Positions 49,917-62,599 of a DNA stretch of 64,000 nt are shown in pieces (within the stretch, counting starts at the first letter, position 1; every line of letters starts with the position of its first letter). The stretch is from Camelus ferus (Eukaryota), in contig NC_045696.1 in NCBI RefSeq assembly GCF_009834535.1, positions 98,024,001 to 98,088,000 of the forward strand. Reading direction: 5' to 3'. The notes below the pieces were generated by a model, which did no database searches, was not told where the DNA came from, and was given only the letters and a program-made list of their open reading frames with translations. Position numbers and translations under genes: made by a program.

Positions 49917-51335
49917 TTTTTTTTTTTACTATATTAATAAACTTTTTAGAGCAATTTTAGATTCACTGCAATATTGAACAGAAAGTAGAGAGAGTTCCCA
50001 TATACCCTTTGTCCTCCATATACACAACCTCCCCAGTCTCAACATCATTCACCACAGTGGTACATTTGTTACAACTGATGAACCTACACTGACACATTGT
50101 TATCCTCCAAAGTCTATAGTTTACATTGGGGTTCACTCTTGGTGTGGTACATTCTATGGATTTGGACAAATGTATAATGACATGTATCCACCATTGTAGT
50201 ATTGTGGCAGAATAGTTTCACTGCTCTAAAATTCCTCTGCTCTCTGCCTGTTCATCCCTCCATTCCCCCAAACCCTAGCAATCTTCTTAGTATATCCATA
50301 GTTTTGACTTTTCTAGAACGTCATATAATTGGAGTCACCTAGCCTTTTTAGACTGACTGTCTTCTTTCACTTTGTAAAATACATTTAAGTTTCTCCCATA
50401 TATTTTCATGGCTCAGTATCTCATTTCTTTTTACACAGAATAATATTCAATTGTCTAGATATACCACAGATTATTTATCCACTAACCTACTGAAAGACAT
50501 CTGGGCTGCTTCTAAGTTTTGACAATTATGAATAATGCTGCTATAAACATCCATGTGCTGGTTTTTGTGTGGACATAAGTTTCCAGTTCCTTTGGATCAA
50601 AGCTAAGGGGAGCAATTGCTGGATCATATGGTAAGAATACATTTAGTTTTGTAAGAAATTGCCAAATACATTCTAAAGTGTATGTACCTTTTTGTACTTT
50701 CACCAGGAATGAATGAGAGTTCCTGTTGCTCCACACGCTCACCAGGACTTGATTTTGTCAGTGTTCTAGATCTTGGCCATTCTGATAAGTGTGTATTGGT
50801 GTCTCATTGTTGTTTTAATTTTCATTTCCCTGATGACAGATGATGTGAAACATCTTTTTTCATACGCTTATTTGCTATATGTATATCTTATTTGGTAAGG
50901 TATCTGTTAAGGTCTTTGGCTCATTTATTAATTTGGTGGTTTGTTTTCTTATTGTTTAGTTTCAAGAGTTTTAAAAATATATTTTGAATAATAATTCTTT
51001 ATTGGATATATCAATTTGAGTATATTTTCTCCCCAACTGTGGCTTATGCTTCCATTCTGTTAACACTGTCTTTCCCAGAGCAGGAATTTTTAATTTTAAT
51101 GAAGTCTAGCTTATCATTTTTTTTTTCATGGATTGTGTCCTTGGTGCTGTATCTCAAAAGTCATTGCCAAACCCAAGGTCATCCAGATTTTCTCCTATGT
51201 TATCTTCCAGGAGTTTTATAGTTTTGTGTTTTACATTTAGGTCCATGATCCATTTTGAGTTAATGTTTGTGAAGGGTGTAAGGTCTTTGTCTAGAATCAT
51301 TTTCTTGGTATGTGAATGTCCAGTTGTTCCAGCTG
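49917..51335 (-). mobile_element. Old L1 (L1MA/MB-like) 3' end
   Basis: Poly-T, then tttagagcaattttagattcactgcaa...gatgaacctacactgacacattgttatc...; ORF2 tail remnants in ORF 50512..50742. Confidence 0.88.
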
Positions 51336-51339
51336 AGGA

Positions 51340-51910
51340 TATTTAGCTTTTTTCCTTAATAATGTAATTCGAAGAACTTTCTATTATGGACATTAAGAGC
51401 TGCCTTATTATTATTATTGTCACTAAAGCTGCATAGCACTCCATTGCATGGATATACTATGGTTTATTTACCCTGTTGGTACGTTTTTAGGTTGTTTCCA
51501 CATCTTTTGTCAGCACAATGCTGTACTGATCAACCATACACATAGCTCATTTTGCATATCTCACATTCCCAAAAGTTGAAATAGTAAGTAAAATCAAATA
51601 TATGCATTTGTTACTTTAATTACTAAATTCCCTTCTTTTGGGATTGTACCAATTTATACTCACACCAGTAATATATGAGATGTTTGAAGAGTTGAATCTT
51701 GGTGTAGTTTTTATTTGTATTTCTCTTACTATGAGTAAGGTTGAGTGTATCTTCTACTTCTTTTTATATTTAAGAATCATTTGTATTTCTTTTTCTTTCC
51801 ATATCCTTTGTCCATTTTTCTATTTAAGTGTTGATATTTTTCTTAGTGAGGTGTAGTACCTCTTTACATATTATGAAGATTTTCCATTTATCTGGCATGA
51901 ATTACAATTG
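51340..51910 (-). mobile_element. Very old L1 (L1ME-like) fragment, probably continuous with ~45665-45845
   Basis: gctgcatagcactccattgcatggatatact...ttgtaccaatttatactcacaccag. Confidence 0.6.
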
Positions 51911-52032
51911 TGTGTGTATGTACAGACTATTTTAACACAGGGTAGATTCTCTGCCCCAGTGGTGTTCAAACAAAAGATTACTTAGTAAGAGTTTTATAGC
52001 AGATATTCTTGGATCAGATCTCTGGACCCTAC

Positions 52033-52689
52033 TGATACAGGAAAAATGGGGCACACGACTATGGCTGTGTCCCAGGTCTCGGTCGAGTCCCTGGGATACA
52101 CTCTGCCAAGCGAGGGTCCTTGGCTTTACACAGGAGAGAATTCAAGAATGAGCCATAATAGAGTGAAAGTAGATTTATTCAGAGGGTTACACACTTCCTA
52201 GACAGAGTGTAGGCCATCTCAGAAGGCCAAAGAAGCTACAGGTTGGGGTGGTTAAAGCAAAAGTAGATACACACTCTAGAGACAGAGTGCAAGTTGTCTC
52301 AGAAAGCAGGAGAGAACAACCAGTGCTGAGGAGATACCCACTCCACAGACAGAATGTGAGCCATCTTAGGAGAGTGGCCCCGATGTGTGGGGTTGTTAGT
52401 TTTTATGGGCTTGGTAAGTCACATGCTAACTAGTGGGAGGATTATTCCAACTACTTTGGAGAAAGGGCTGGGATTGCTAGGAATCAAGCCATTACCCACT
52501 CTTTGACCTTTTATGGTCAGCCTTGAAACTGCCATGACTCCTGTGGGAGGACCGTTTAGCAGCTATTGTATTACAATGGGCGTATAATGAAGCTCAACGT
52601 CTCCTGGGAGTTGAATCTTCCACTGTCTTGGTGTTAATTGCTGTGTCATTCTTTTAATGGTTGTGTCCTGCCCTCTTCCCTCTGTCTCA
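52033..52689 (-). mobile_element. Solo ERV LTR (class I-like), 657 bp
   Basis: TG...CA termini (tgatacagg...tctgtctca), 4-bp flanks ctac/ctat, minus-strand AATAAA at 52174-52179, CATAAAA near 52400, internal repeats. Confidence 0.8.
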
Positions 52690-55600
52690 CTATGAGTTTT
52701 AAAGTGCATTTCCACACTTTATTGATTAACTACTGCCTTACTTAGACTATAAATGCTAGGTCTGGTTAAGTATGCACTCTCCATATAAAGTAGCTTGCTT
52801 TAAATATAGTCTACTCAGCATTTCCCTAGAAGACAAAGCCTGACACTTGGCAATCACACATTTGTCAAGTATCCAGTGACCTGCACCTTTGTACCCTTTT
52901 CCCTAGAAAGGAGGAAACAGCTGTGGCCTATCACCTTTGAGTATTCTGGCCACCAGCCTGGCATCTTGGGAATGTATCCAGCATACTTTTCAGAGGTTAT
53001 TCAGACCCTTTTAGAAGAAAACAAAGTCACTAAAGGAAATCAAGAACATTAAAGATTTATGTCTCTTGTGTAATTTGGCTGTAAGAAACCAAGCCAGTTT
53101 CTGCTCAGCACTTCATGTAAGATGAACTGAAAACTGCAAAGAAACATGTTTAAAGATAATTAATAAATTTCTATAATATTCTTGTCAAGTTGCTAGCATC
53201 ACACATTTTATGGGCAGCTTGAAAACATTTTACACACTAGAAAGATGAAAGCATTCAACATTTATTTCCTGGAGTTGGAGGGACAAGAAGAGTTCTGGGT
53301 TTTTGAAGTCCCCAGAAGATGATTTTGCATATTTTGCACGTAGTTACTGACTGCTCTAAATCAGCATGGCCTCACTGGGGACTTGGGACAAGTCAAGAAA
53401 CAGTATGGGGCTGATTGAAGTAAATGGCAATGAGAGGTCAGCAACTGCTGAGAATTTTTGTTCGAGTGTTTGGGTTTTTTTTTTGTTTCTTTTTCAAGTT
53501 TAAGAGCAAGACCTCACTAACTTAGTGTGCTTAAAAGGTGGAATTTTCTAAAAGGAATGGAGTTAGTTTAGGTGGGTACTTCAGTTTTCTTTTTTTGTGT
53601 GTATTCCTTTTCTCAAACTCTTTCCTAATTAGCTATCTGACCCCTATAACTCTGTCCCTCATTTTTTCCCCCCTTCAAATTCTGTTCTCTCCTTTCTTCA
53701 AGCTGGTCTAACCAAAGGAATATATTCTTTACTTCTTTTTTTTTTTTTCCTTCCTTGAGGGCACATACCTTCTGTTTATGGATCACATGATGTTATACAA
53801 GAAGGATAAGTTCTGGATCTAAAAAAGGTGCCAGATACAGCAAAGAGCACAATTATGACCTCAGCCCTTGATTGGGGAGTGGTGTTAGAGAAGGCCAAGA
53901 ATGAACTCAGTGGCTCTGGGCAACTCTCATGGCTGATCTTGAGGTTGATAAGGTTGTAGACAGAAGTGGGTGTTCTGGGGAAATGTGGACAAGCAGGCCC
54001 TGCCAGGATTCATGCAAGTCAAATAATTGTTCCATCCACTGTATTTGGCCAGGCATGAAGAACACCCCAAGACACCCCACCTGTTAGGCACTAGGCAGAA
54101 ACAATCAATCATCTCTGTCAGTTAAAAATGAGGGGAGTAGATGGGAAGGCGGTGAGAGACAGATTGAAAAGAAGCAGCATTTTTTTTTCTTACCAAAGTT
54201 ACAACATCTCCAGGTTGAATTCACCATAATGACGGGGAGGAGAAAGTTCAAATGGCTGTATCCCACGTATGGCATTAAAAATGCAGCTGGAGCATATGCA
54301 AACAGCACGTCGACTGCAGCTCTGAGGTGCCGGTGAAGCACAGGCTCTTGGGGTGAGAAATAAGCCTGTGCTGAGACACCATCTGGGAAAACTCTTAGAC
54401 TTGTTTGAATTGAACCAAGCTGAGACCTTACGCATTTCCTTCCGATGAGATCCAAGCTGAACAATGACACGAGCTGATGTTTGGTGGTGGGGGTGGCCGT
54501 GTGCCCTCGCCTAACAGCTGTCACGGTAGGTGTACACTGCTCCTGAAAGCTAGATAATTAACTGCCGCTTCCTTTGAAGTCCACGGAAAGCTGCTTCCTA
54601 CTGTGGTACACTTACAGCTTCTACAACCGCAACTTCAAATGTTCGGTGTCTCAACCGCGTCAGTCCCACAAACTCCTTTAGATGTTCACAGTTTCTCAAA
54701 CGTATTCAAATCCCTGAAGCTGCCAGGTGAGGTCTTTCAAGATTTTTTTTTTTTTTAAAAAGACTTATTTTTTAATCATTAAAGTATTAAATAAGTTTGC
54801 CAAAAACATGGCTGTAAGTCACTGATGTTTGGTAGCTTTTTTTCTTCTTTTCTTTTCTTTTTTTTTTTTTAATTGAGGGAGAGCTGTTTCAAAGGGATCA
54901 AATTTGGAAGGGATGGATGTAGAATTGTTTAATCTATAGAATTGTCCAGGTAGTTGCGTCACTCTAAGAAATATGAAGGAGTATGTGTTTATTATTTTTT
55001 TTAAGAGCTGATAACGGAACCACATTCACTTTGTTCTACTTTAGAAGTTTCCAAATAGGACTTGGTGAAAAACATATTTACAGAAAGGTTCAGTGTTAAG
55101 GTTAGGAATGAACGTGAGTGTAAACTGGTGTATGTATGCATTGAAGGTAGCAGGGAATAAAGCGCCACTGAATAAACAGTTTGATTTATTTGTATTCCAC
55201 GTATCTCTCTCTCTGGCAATGTGACGGTTGGGTCCCTATAAAGGACTTCGGTTTCTAGGTCTTAATCATTCAAGCCAAAGGGAATATAACTTTACTCTGA
55301 GACTGCTACAAAGGAAAAAGAATTACCACGATATTTTAAAAGACAATGTTTCACAGCATAATTTCAAAATGGATTACTAAGACCCTCAGTGAAATTACAT
55401 TAGCTGACTCTATATACATTATTACACTGTAGTAAGAACACCAGTGTTTTCACTGCTGACATTACTTGGTAGGGTCACCCAAGGGTAATTACCAGTCTGA
55501 GTTTATCTTTGCAGTAAAAGTCAAATGTGGACTGCACTGAAAGAAATTCAGGACTTAATCTGTCCGATGGAAATCATCTGCACTTAGCAAAGCTTCATAG

Positions 55601-57484
55601 TTATTTTTCTTTAAAATTTATGTTGTTTTGCCTTTAGGGAGTTGATGGAAAGTCATTGTGAATGTCTTTGCAGTTAAAGTTAAAATTGTTTCATTAAATG
55701 TTAATGGACTTAACAATCCAGTTAAAAAGAGACAATATATTAGCCTACATTCAGCACTTAATGCTGACGTGGCTTATGTTCCAGAATTGCATTTGGGCCC
55801 ATAGAACTGAATGTCATATGTGAACATAGGCCGGGAATGGATTTTGTTCTTTTGCCATAAGGAAATAACCATTCTGTTTATAAATGACTCTGATTTTTAA
55901 CAAAGCAGCTATTTCAGATGCAGCCGATTGGTTTCTTTTGACCCAAAGAAAGATTCAGATATCTATTTGAACATCAGGAACGCAGCATGGCTCACTGGAC
56001 GCAACAAGAGACTAGAATGTGAGTTACGTAAAACTCCGTAATACGCCTCTAACTTTCTTTGGTCCCTTCGCTATAAAAGGAGCTAACAATGCTGTTGGGA
56101 GGAATTACCAATTTTAAAGTATTTTTCAAATGTGGAGGAGGTTTTTGCTGATTGGTTTTTGGGGGGGTGGGAAACTGCTAGGCCATAGTAAAGATTTATC
56201 TTGAAAAATGCATCAGTTTTTGGCTGATGGAAGAAATTTAAAGTTGTGCCATTTTCCTCCAGATTAGAAGAGAATAAGTGTTTTTCACAGTTCTCAGCAG
56301 TTAGAGATACATTATGTAGGAAGAGCAAGGAACACAAGCTCAGCTTAGCCCGCGATTCCACGTGACCTCCCTCATTCTCGTCCTCAGGAATTACCACGCC
56401 ATGAGGCTTTGGATACGTCTTTGTCAGCTCTTTTGAAAGAAAACAACATTCAATATAATCTTTAAACATTTGGAAATAGAAGTATTGCATGGCTTCACAA
56501 TACATGGAACCCGTGTAGTTACGAACCGTCCGGACTACATGTAGGCTGAGATGGCCACACGTGAGGGTCTTCATTTCCTCCTCCTTTGCAAGATGGTGAG
56601 GAATTCAACGGCCAGATCACGAGATGGTGTGACATGAAACCTTTAAGAACTTTTCATTCATTCATTCAGCAAGTACTTTTGAGCACCAACTGTTACTGTT
56701 TTCCACCAAAGGAAATTTAAAATCTACACAAAAGCCTATAACTGTCTTTAGTGACCACAATTCTAGCAGTAGAGATAGGAATTCATCCAAAAGAATTCAG
56801 AATAAACAAGATATGCAAAATGATGATGGAAGTGGCAGGGGCAGATATAGAGAAAGAGCTTGAGACTAACCAATGGGTCCTCAAGGAAACAGCTGACGTC
56901 CCTCGTCCTTAGTGTCCTCGGCAAATGAGGGATGGATTGGTGACTTGAGAGGCTCCTTCTTACTCTGCAGTTCTGTGGATCACAGCAGAAATCACTGACA
57001 GTAATCACATGAATCCCAGGACAACAGGAAAGACTAAGAGTCTGGGTTCTGCCAGTGGCATGAGGTTTTCTAACGTCCTCTCTTGTGTTCTGACGCTTTG
57101 AATGTGTGTTACAACACTGGATAATATTCAATTGCTCTGAAAGCTCTGAATGCAAGGCTGTTTACTGAAAGATCACATCTCTTTAGGATATAGAACTACA
57201 ATTCATGGGTCAGTTTCTAAACTTGAGTCTCCACTCTGAATTTCTTTTATAGAAAAATGGGGGAAGCTGACAGAAGGCACAAAAGATACTAAAAATGAGC
57301 CAAGGCAAGCCTGCATAGTTGTCTATCTCCTGAATTTTACATTGTTAAGTTACCTTTAGGAAATCATGATAAAGCTGGTGCCCTCATGACCTGAGAATAG
57401 TTTGGTTCTTCAAGAGTTTTTACATGTTAACTCAGTAATTTAGTCAATATTAGTAAAGCTAGTCAGTTGTGGGGACACGACGGA

Positions 57485-57730
57485 ACAAAGCTAACATTTA
57501 CCTTTTCCCTCTGCCAGGTACTTTTCTAAACTTTTTATGTATGTTAACTCACTTGACCCTCCCAGCATCCTCGGCTAGGGACTGTCATTACTCTTGTCTC
57601 ATGGAGGAGGCCATCAAGCCACGGAGAGGATCACTGACTTCTGGAGCGACATTGGAAGTGGTAGACCTGGGGTTTGAACCCACATGGTCTGGTTTTCAGG
57701 CTCACACTCACGTCCACCATAACCTTCCAA
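57485..57730. mobile_element. MIR
   Basis: gctaacattta...tgccaggtactttt...ctggggtttgaacccacatggtctgg. Confidence 0.7.
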
Positions 57731-58009
57731 CTTGACTACTGATTTGCGACATTTACAGGGACACACACCTTGTCACCAAGAATTTTCACCCAGTGTTTAA
57801 GCAAAGCACTGCTGGAAGCAGGGTCAACTCTCTCTTTCAGGCACGGGAGACCAGGGCCTGGGGCCCGTGATACTTTTAGGGGCCCTAGAAAATGTTTTAA
57901 TTTCTTTTAAAATCAGAATTAAAAAAACAAATATAATCTAGTCTGGATCCTATTTGTTTATACTGGCATAGCTGTAGTTCACATTTTACGTATTTTAAAA
58001 TATGCCCAG

Positions 58010-58228
58010 ATTAATTGAGAGTTTGGGATTTGCACATACACACTACTATAAATAAAATAGATGAACAACAAGGACCTACTGTATCACACAGGGAACTATA
58101 TTCAATAGCTGGTAATACCCCATAGTGAAAAAGAATATGAAAAAGAATATATACATGTATAACTGAATCACTATGCTGTACACCAGAAACTAACACAACA
58201 CTATAAGTCAACTATACTTCAATTAAAG
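58010..58228 (+). mobile_element. Short L1 3' end with TSD aaaat(a/g)tgcccag (57997-58009 / 58229-58241)
   Basis: gagtttgggatttgcacatacacactacta...aactatacttcaattaaa. Confidence 0.9.
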
Positions 58229-58669
58229 AAAATGTGCCCAGGAACATCAGAGTGTAGGCCTGAATGGAGCAGAAATAGATGGGTCTGGACAGAGCTGTTG
58301 TGTGCAGGCCCTTCTGAAGGCTCCAAGTATGGCTCCTTTCTCTTCTCTGCAGGTTGGTACCCAGGCAAGCCACTGCACAGCCTGTCTTTGGCCAAGCTGC
58401 TCCACCCACTGTCAGGCCTTTGGCTTTTCCCTGAAGTGCCCCCTCTGCCCCCACCTGCCTCGGTCACCAGGTGGGTGCTGGCTCTTCCTGCCTTCTCCCC
58501 TGCACTGGCCTGGGGCAAGCTTGGTATGTGTTTCACTGCTGGCCTGCGGGTGGGTCTGGTCTGGTCTATACAGTGTTTTAACAAACCAGAGATAGTTGCC
58601 AACGTTAAAAAAAAAAATTGGGAGGTTTCATGTGAAAATCTGGACTTCTGTTTTCTCTTAAAAAATCAG

Positions 58670-58970
58670 GACTCACAGCCATAGAAAACAAACTTGCGGT
58701 TGCGAAAGGGGAAAGGGTGGGGAGGGATAAATTGGGAGTTTGGGATTTAAAGACATACACTACTATATATAATATAGATAAACAACAAGGTCCTACTGTA
58801 TAGCACAGGGAACTATATCCAATAGCTTGTAATATCCTATAGAGGAAAAGCATATGAAAAATAATATATATATGTATATCTGAATCGCTCTGCTGTACAC
58901 TGGAAATTAACACAACATTCTAAATTGACTATATTTAAATTAAAAAAAAAGCATCAAAAAAAAAAAACAG
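58670..58970 (+). mobile_element. Short L1 3' end inserted in a MER102-like hAT remnant (~58520-59070)
   Basis: gactcacagccatagaaaacaaactt...ctgtatagcacagggaactatatccaa...A tail; aaaaatcag on both sides. Confidence 0.85.
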
Positions 58971-60200
58971 ACCCTAACAAAAATCAGAAGGCTTAGTGGC
59001 ATTGGGCACATATTGCACGGCTTCATTCTGCTGGAGCTGAGGGGAGCTACTGGCTTCAGTCCCCTCCTAGTCCTCCCAGGCCCTGTCAATGCTAGAATTC
59101 CAATCTTTGCACCAAGATATAAAAGACATCTTAAAACATTATCTTTTCTTAAAATTCTTGCAGGTTTACAGAGAAGGAAGGAAGCTGTAGAGATAATGGA
59201 ATTGCGGCTCTGCCCGTGGGAAGACATGCAGGACATAAGGGCATGAACATTTCATACCCGGGGAGGCCTTTGCCTGCTTCGTTGTGAGTAAGGCTTGTCC
59301 TGAACAGCACACACATGGTATCACCAGAGCAGCCCGGCTTTCTGGGGACTAAGGTGGAAAGTGGGCAGGAGAGGCAGCTGGAAGTTGGTGACTGGCCACC
59401 TTCCTTTTACATGCTTCATCCTGCTGAAAACAAGTGAAATACGAATTAAATACAGAATTCCTGCATCTCTTATGTTTAACTTTATTGTGATTATTATTTA
59501 GAAAGCTAGAACTTCAAAGGAGCTGCAGGTGCTAACTTCAAAGAATGCATGTACAACACTGTCCAGACAGTTCAGTTCCATAGGACAACCCTGTGCAAGG
59601 CCAACGGGAATCCAAAAGTGAAGCCTTTTTACTTTAGCTTCTTGTTGGGAGCCTTTCTATCTAAGAACGAGATTTCATATTTTCTTCATAACAATACAAC
59701 AATGCAGGCTTTATAGACCTTGCCTATGTTTTTATTGGCACCCATGGGAGCTTTCTGTGTGGGCAAATATTGCTGGTGCCCAGCTTTTGACGTTGGTGCT
59801 GAAGCCTGAAGAAATGCATCTTCTCATTCTCACTGTTACAAGGCTCGTCAGATCTATCAGCTTAACTACTAGAAGCCCAGGTAGGTGTGTGCAGTTTTCA
59901 CATTTGGTTTGACCATGCTGATAGTGTTTCTCTAGAGAGTTTGTAATTACATACACTCAGTGCTTAACATAAATATGTGAGGTCTCTGATTACTTAGATG
60001 GCTAGTTACTGAACCTAGGAGCTGAACGAAAGACGATGTCTGTGACCATGCTGCTGAATTTACCATCCTGCCTTGTAAAAGGAAGATGACTGCCTTGAAT
60101 AGCCCCCTTTTGCCTGCAGAAAAAGGAGGGCTTCAAAGACACAATGTGATCATTTTATTGCATTTTTCTTACCTAATTCAATGCCTGACATCCCAGAAAT

Positions 60201-60406
60201 TTTTTCAAACTTTTTTTTATTGAGTTATAGTCATTTTACAATGTTGTGTCAAATTCCAGTGTAGAGCACAATTTTTCAGTTATATGTGAACATACATATA
60301 TTTATTGTCACGTTTTTTTCCGCTGTGGCTACCACAAGATTTTGTATGTATTTCCCTGTGCTATACAGTATGATCTTGTCTATCTATTCTGCATATGCCT
60401 GTCAGT
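60201..60406 (-). mobile_element. Young camelid-type L1 3' end with perfect 11-bp TSD atcccagaaat (60190-60200 / 60407-60417)
   Basis: Poly-T, then ttattgagttatagtcattttacaatgttgtgtcaaattccagtgtagagcacaattttt. Confidence 0.85.
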
Positions 60407-61609
60407 ATCCCAGAAATCTTTGTTAGTATTTATTGTACACATATTATATAAATTATGGTTGGTACATTTATGGCACTTAAGTGATGCACAGGATGTAGAA
60501 GACATGGTTCCTGCACTCAGTGAATTAGGTGAGTGAGCCAGGACCAAGGGAGGGAGCAATGCGCCTTGTACACTGCTGTATATTAAGCATGAAACTGGAT
60601 GTATATATCTGTGTGTTTATACATACATATTTAAAAAATATTTTAAAAATTTTGCCAATCTGATAGGTGAAAAAGTATATCTTACTATAGTTCTAATTTG
60701 GACATGCTTTTACTTTTAAGGTGTCTGGCTGGGGTGTGAGGGATACAGTATTCTCCAGGGAAGTGAAGGTTTTCCCAGGGCCAAGCTGTCAGGGGAAGGC
60801 CCATGCCCCTGACCTGGTTCAGAGAGAGACTCGAACTGTGGCAGGAACCCCTCAAATCATCTCCAGATCTGAAGGTGCCTGGAAAAGCCACATCTGCTTG
60901 TTTTTGCCTAAGGATGGGTGGGGTAGGGCCTTCGGTGCATCAGTTTAGAGCTATCTCCCAGGACATTGTCAGGTCCCTGGCACCTCATGCCAATGACGGC
61001 GTTTATCCTGAGGTTTCTGACTGTGCACCAGCTGTTTGAGGGAGGAAGTGGTCTGTTTTGGGCTGGACAATTCAGGGTGGGTCTTAGGCTGAATTTCAAG
61101 AGTCGAGAGTGAGACTACAGAGTCTGGATACATGATGGGTGGAGGTCACTGGAGTTGGGAAGTTGGGAGCAGAGTCAGAGCGATGGAGTTTCAGCCAGAC
61201 TGAGGCAGGGATGGGGAGGGTGGAGCCGGCAGAAGCTAAGAAGCTTCTGCTTTATCCCAGGGTAATGCTAAGCCATTGTTATACAAGGGAGGAAAAGATC
61301 TGACAGAAGTAACACTCTAGGAAGATTAATCTGGAAGCTTAGAATAAAGTGATTAGAGCAATAGAAGATGCATGAAGCTAGACGGCCAGTTAGGATGCTC
61401 TTGAATAAACCAGGCATAAGATGGAGGCTGAGTTCAGGGGAGAGAAGAGGGAGGCAGGAAGGGGGTGGTTTTAGAGAATCCTTCTTTAGAAAAGAGAACT
61501 GAATACAGCTGGATCAAGGACAGGGCCAGGGGAGTAAAAGATCACTGTAGTTTGCCTACAGTTTCCAACCTGGAAGGGACTAGGAACTGGGAGCTGTGCC
61601 CTGTCCCTT

Positions 61610-62555
61610 GTCCCATCTTGCTCACTTTCTCCAGACAAACAGCTCTCCTTGCTGTTCCTTGAACAAGGCGAGCATAGTCCCACCTCCAGGCCTTTGCAGT
61701 GGCCGCCTCTTCCACCCTGAGCATCCTTCCCCAACACATCTACCTGGTTTGCTTATGCACTTTCAGTCCCTACTTGGCCCTCTTCATTCATTCATGTTAC
61801 CTTTGCAAACATTGGAATTTTCAACTAATACTCTATTTTTTTAAATTGATTTACAACACAGTGGAATACTACTCAGCCATAAAAAATGAAATGCCATTTG
61901 CAGCAACATGGATGGACCTGGAGATTATCATACTAAGTGAAGTAAGACAGAGAAAGACAAATATCATATGATGTCACTTACATGTGGAATATAAAAAAGT
62001 GAGACAAATGAACTTACTTACAAAACAGAGACTCATAGACATAGAAAACAAACTTACAGTTACCACAGGGGAGAGAGGAGGGGGGAGGGATAAATTAGGA
62101 GTCTGGGGTTAGCAGATACAAAATACTACATATAAAATAGATAAACAACAAGGTCCTACTGCAGAGCACAAGAACTACATCCAGTATCTTGTAATAATCA
62201 ACCAATACTCTCAACATGAAAAATATTACTCTCCACAAAAGTTCTGGAAGGTGCACAGAGATTGAAGATTTAAGCTACAGAGATTGCTAAAATATGCCCT
62301 CATTAGAGACACCTTTCCTAACTTCTCAACACTGATCTTTCCCCTTACCCTTGATTTTTCTTCATAGTGTGTTTTCTCAACTGACTATATATTATATGTT
62401 TAGTTATCTGCTTGGTTATTTTCTATTTTTTCTTACTAGAATGTAAGGGCATATGGACAGAGACTGTCTCTCTTTTTTTTCACTCACCTGGTAAATACAG
62501 TGCCTGGCACATGGTAGGTAGGTTCTGAATAAATACATGTTAAATACATGAAGTA
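61610..62555 (+). mobile_element. L2 3' end split by an L1 insertion (~61835-62199)
   Basis: caggcctttgcagtggccgcctcttcc before the L1. After it: actagaatgtaagg...acagtgcctggcacatggtagg...aataaatacatgttaaat. The L1 piece reads MPFAATWMDLEIIILSEVRQRKTNII. Confidence 0.8.
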
Positions 62556-62599
62556 AGAGTCTAATTTGGGAAGAAGAGAAGAAAGAAGATAACGAGTTT

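Noticed and set aside
52189..52372. Spaced direct repeats resembling a CRISPR-like array
   Set aside because: Only three diverged units inside an LTR in a mammalian genome, with no cas genes or regular spacers.
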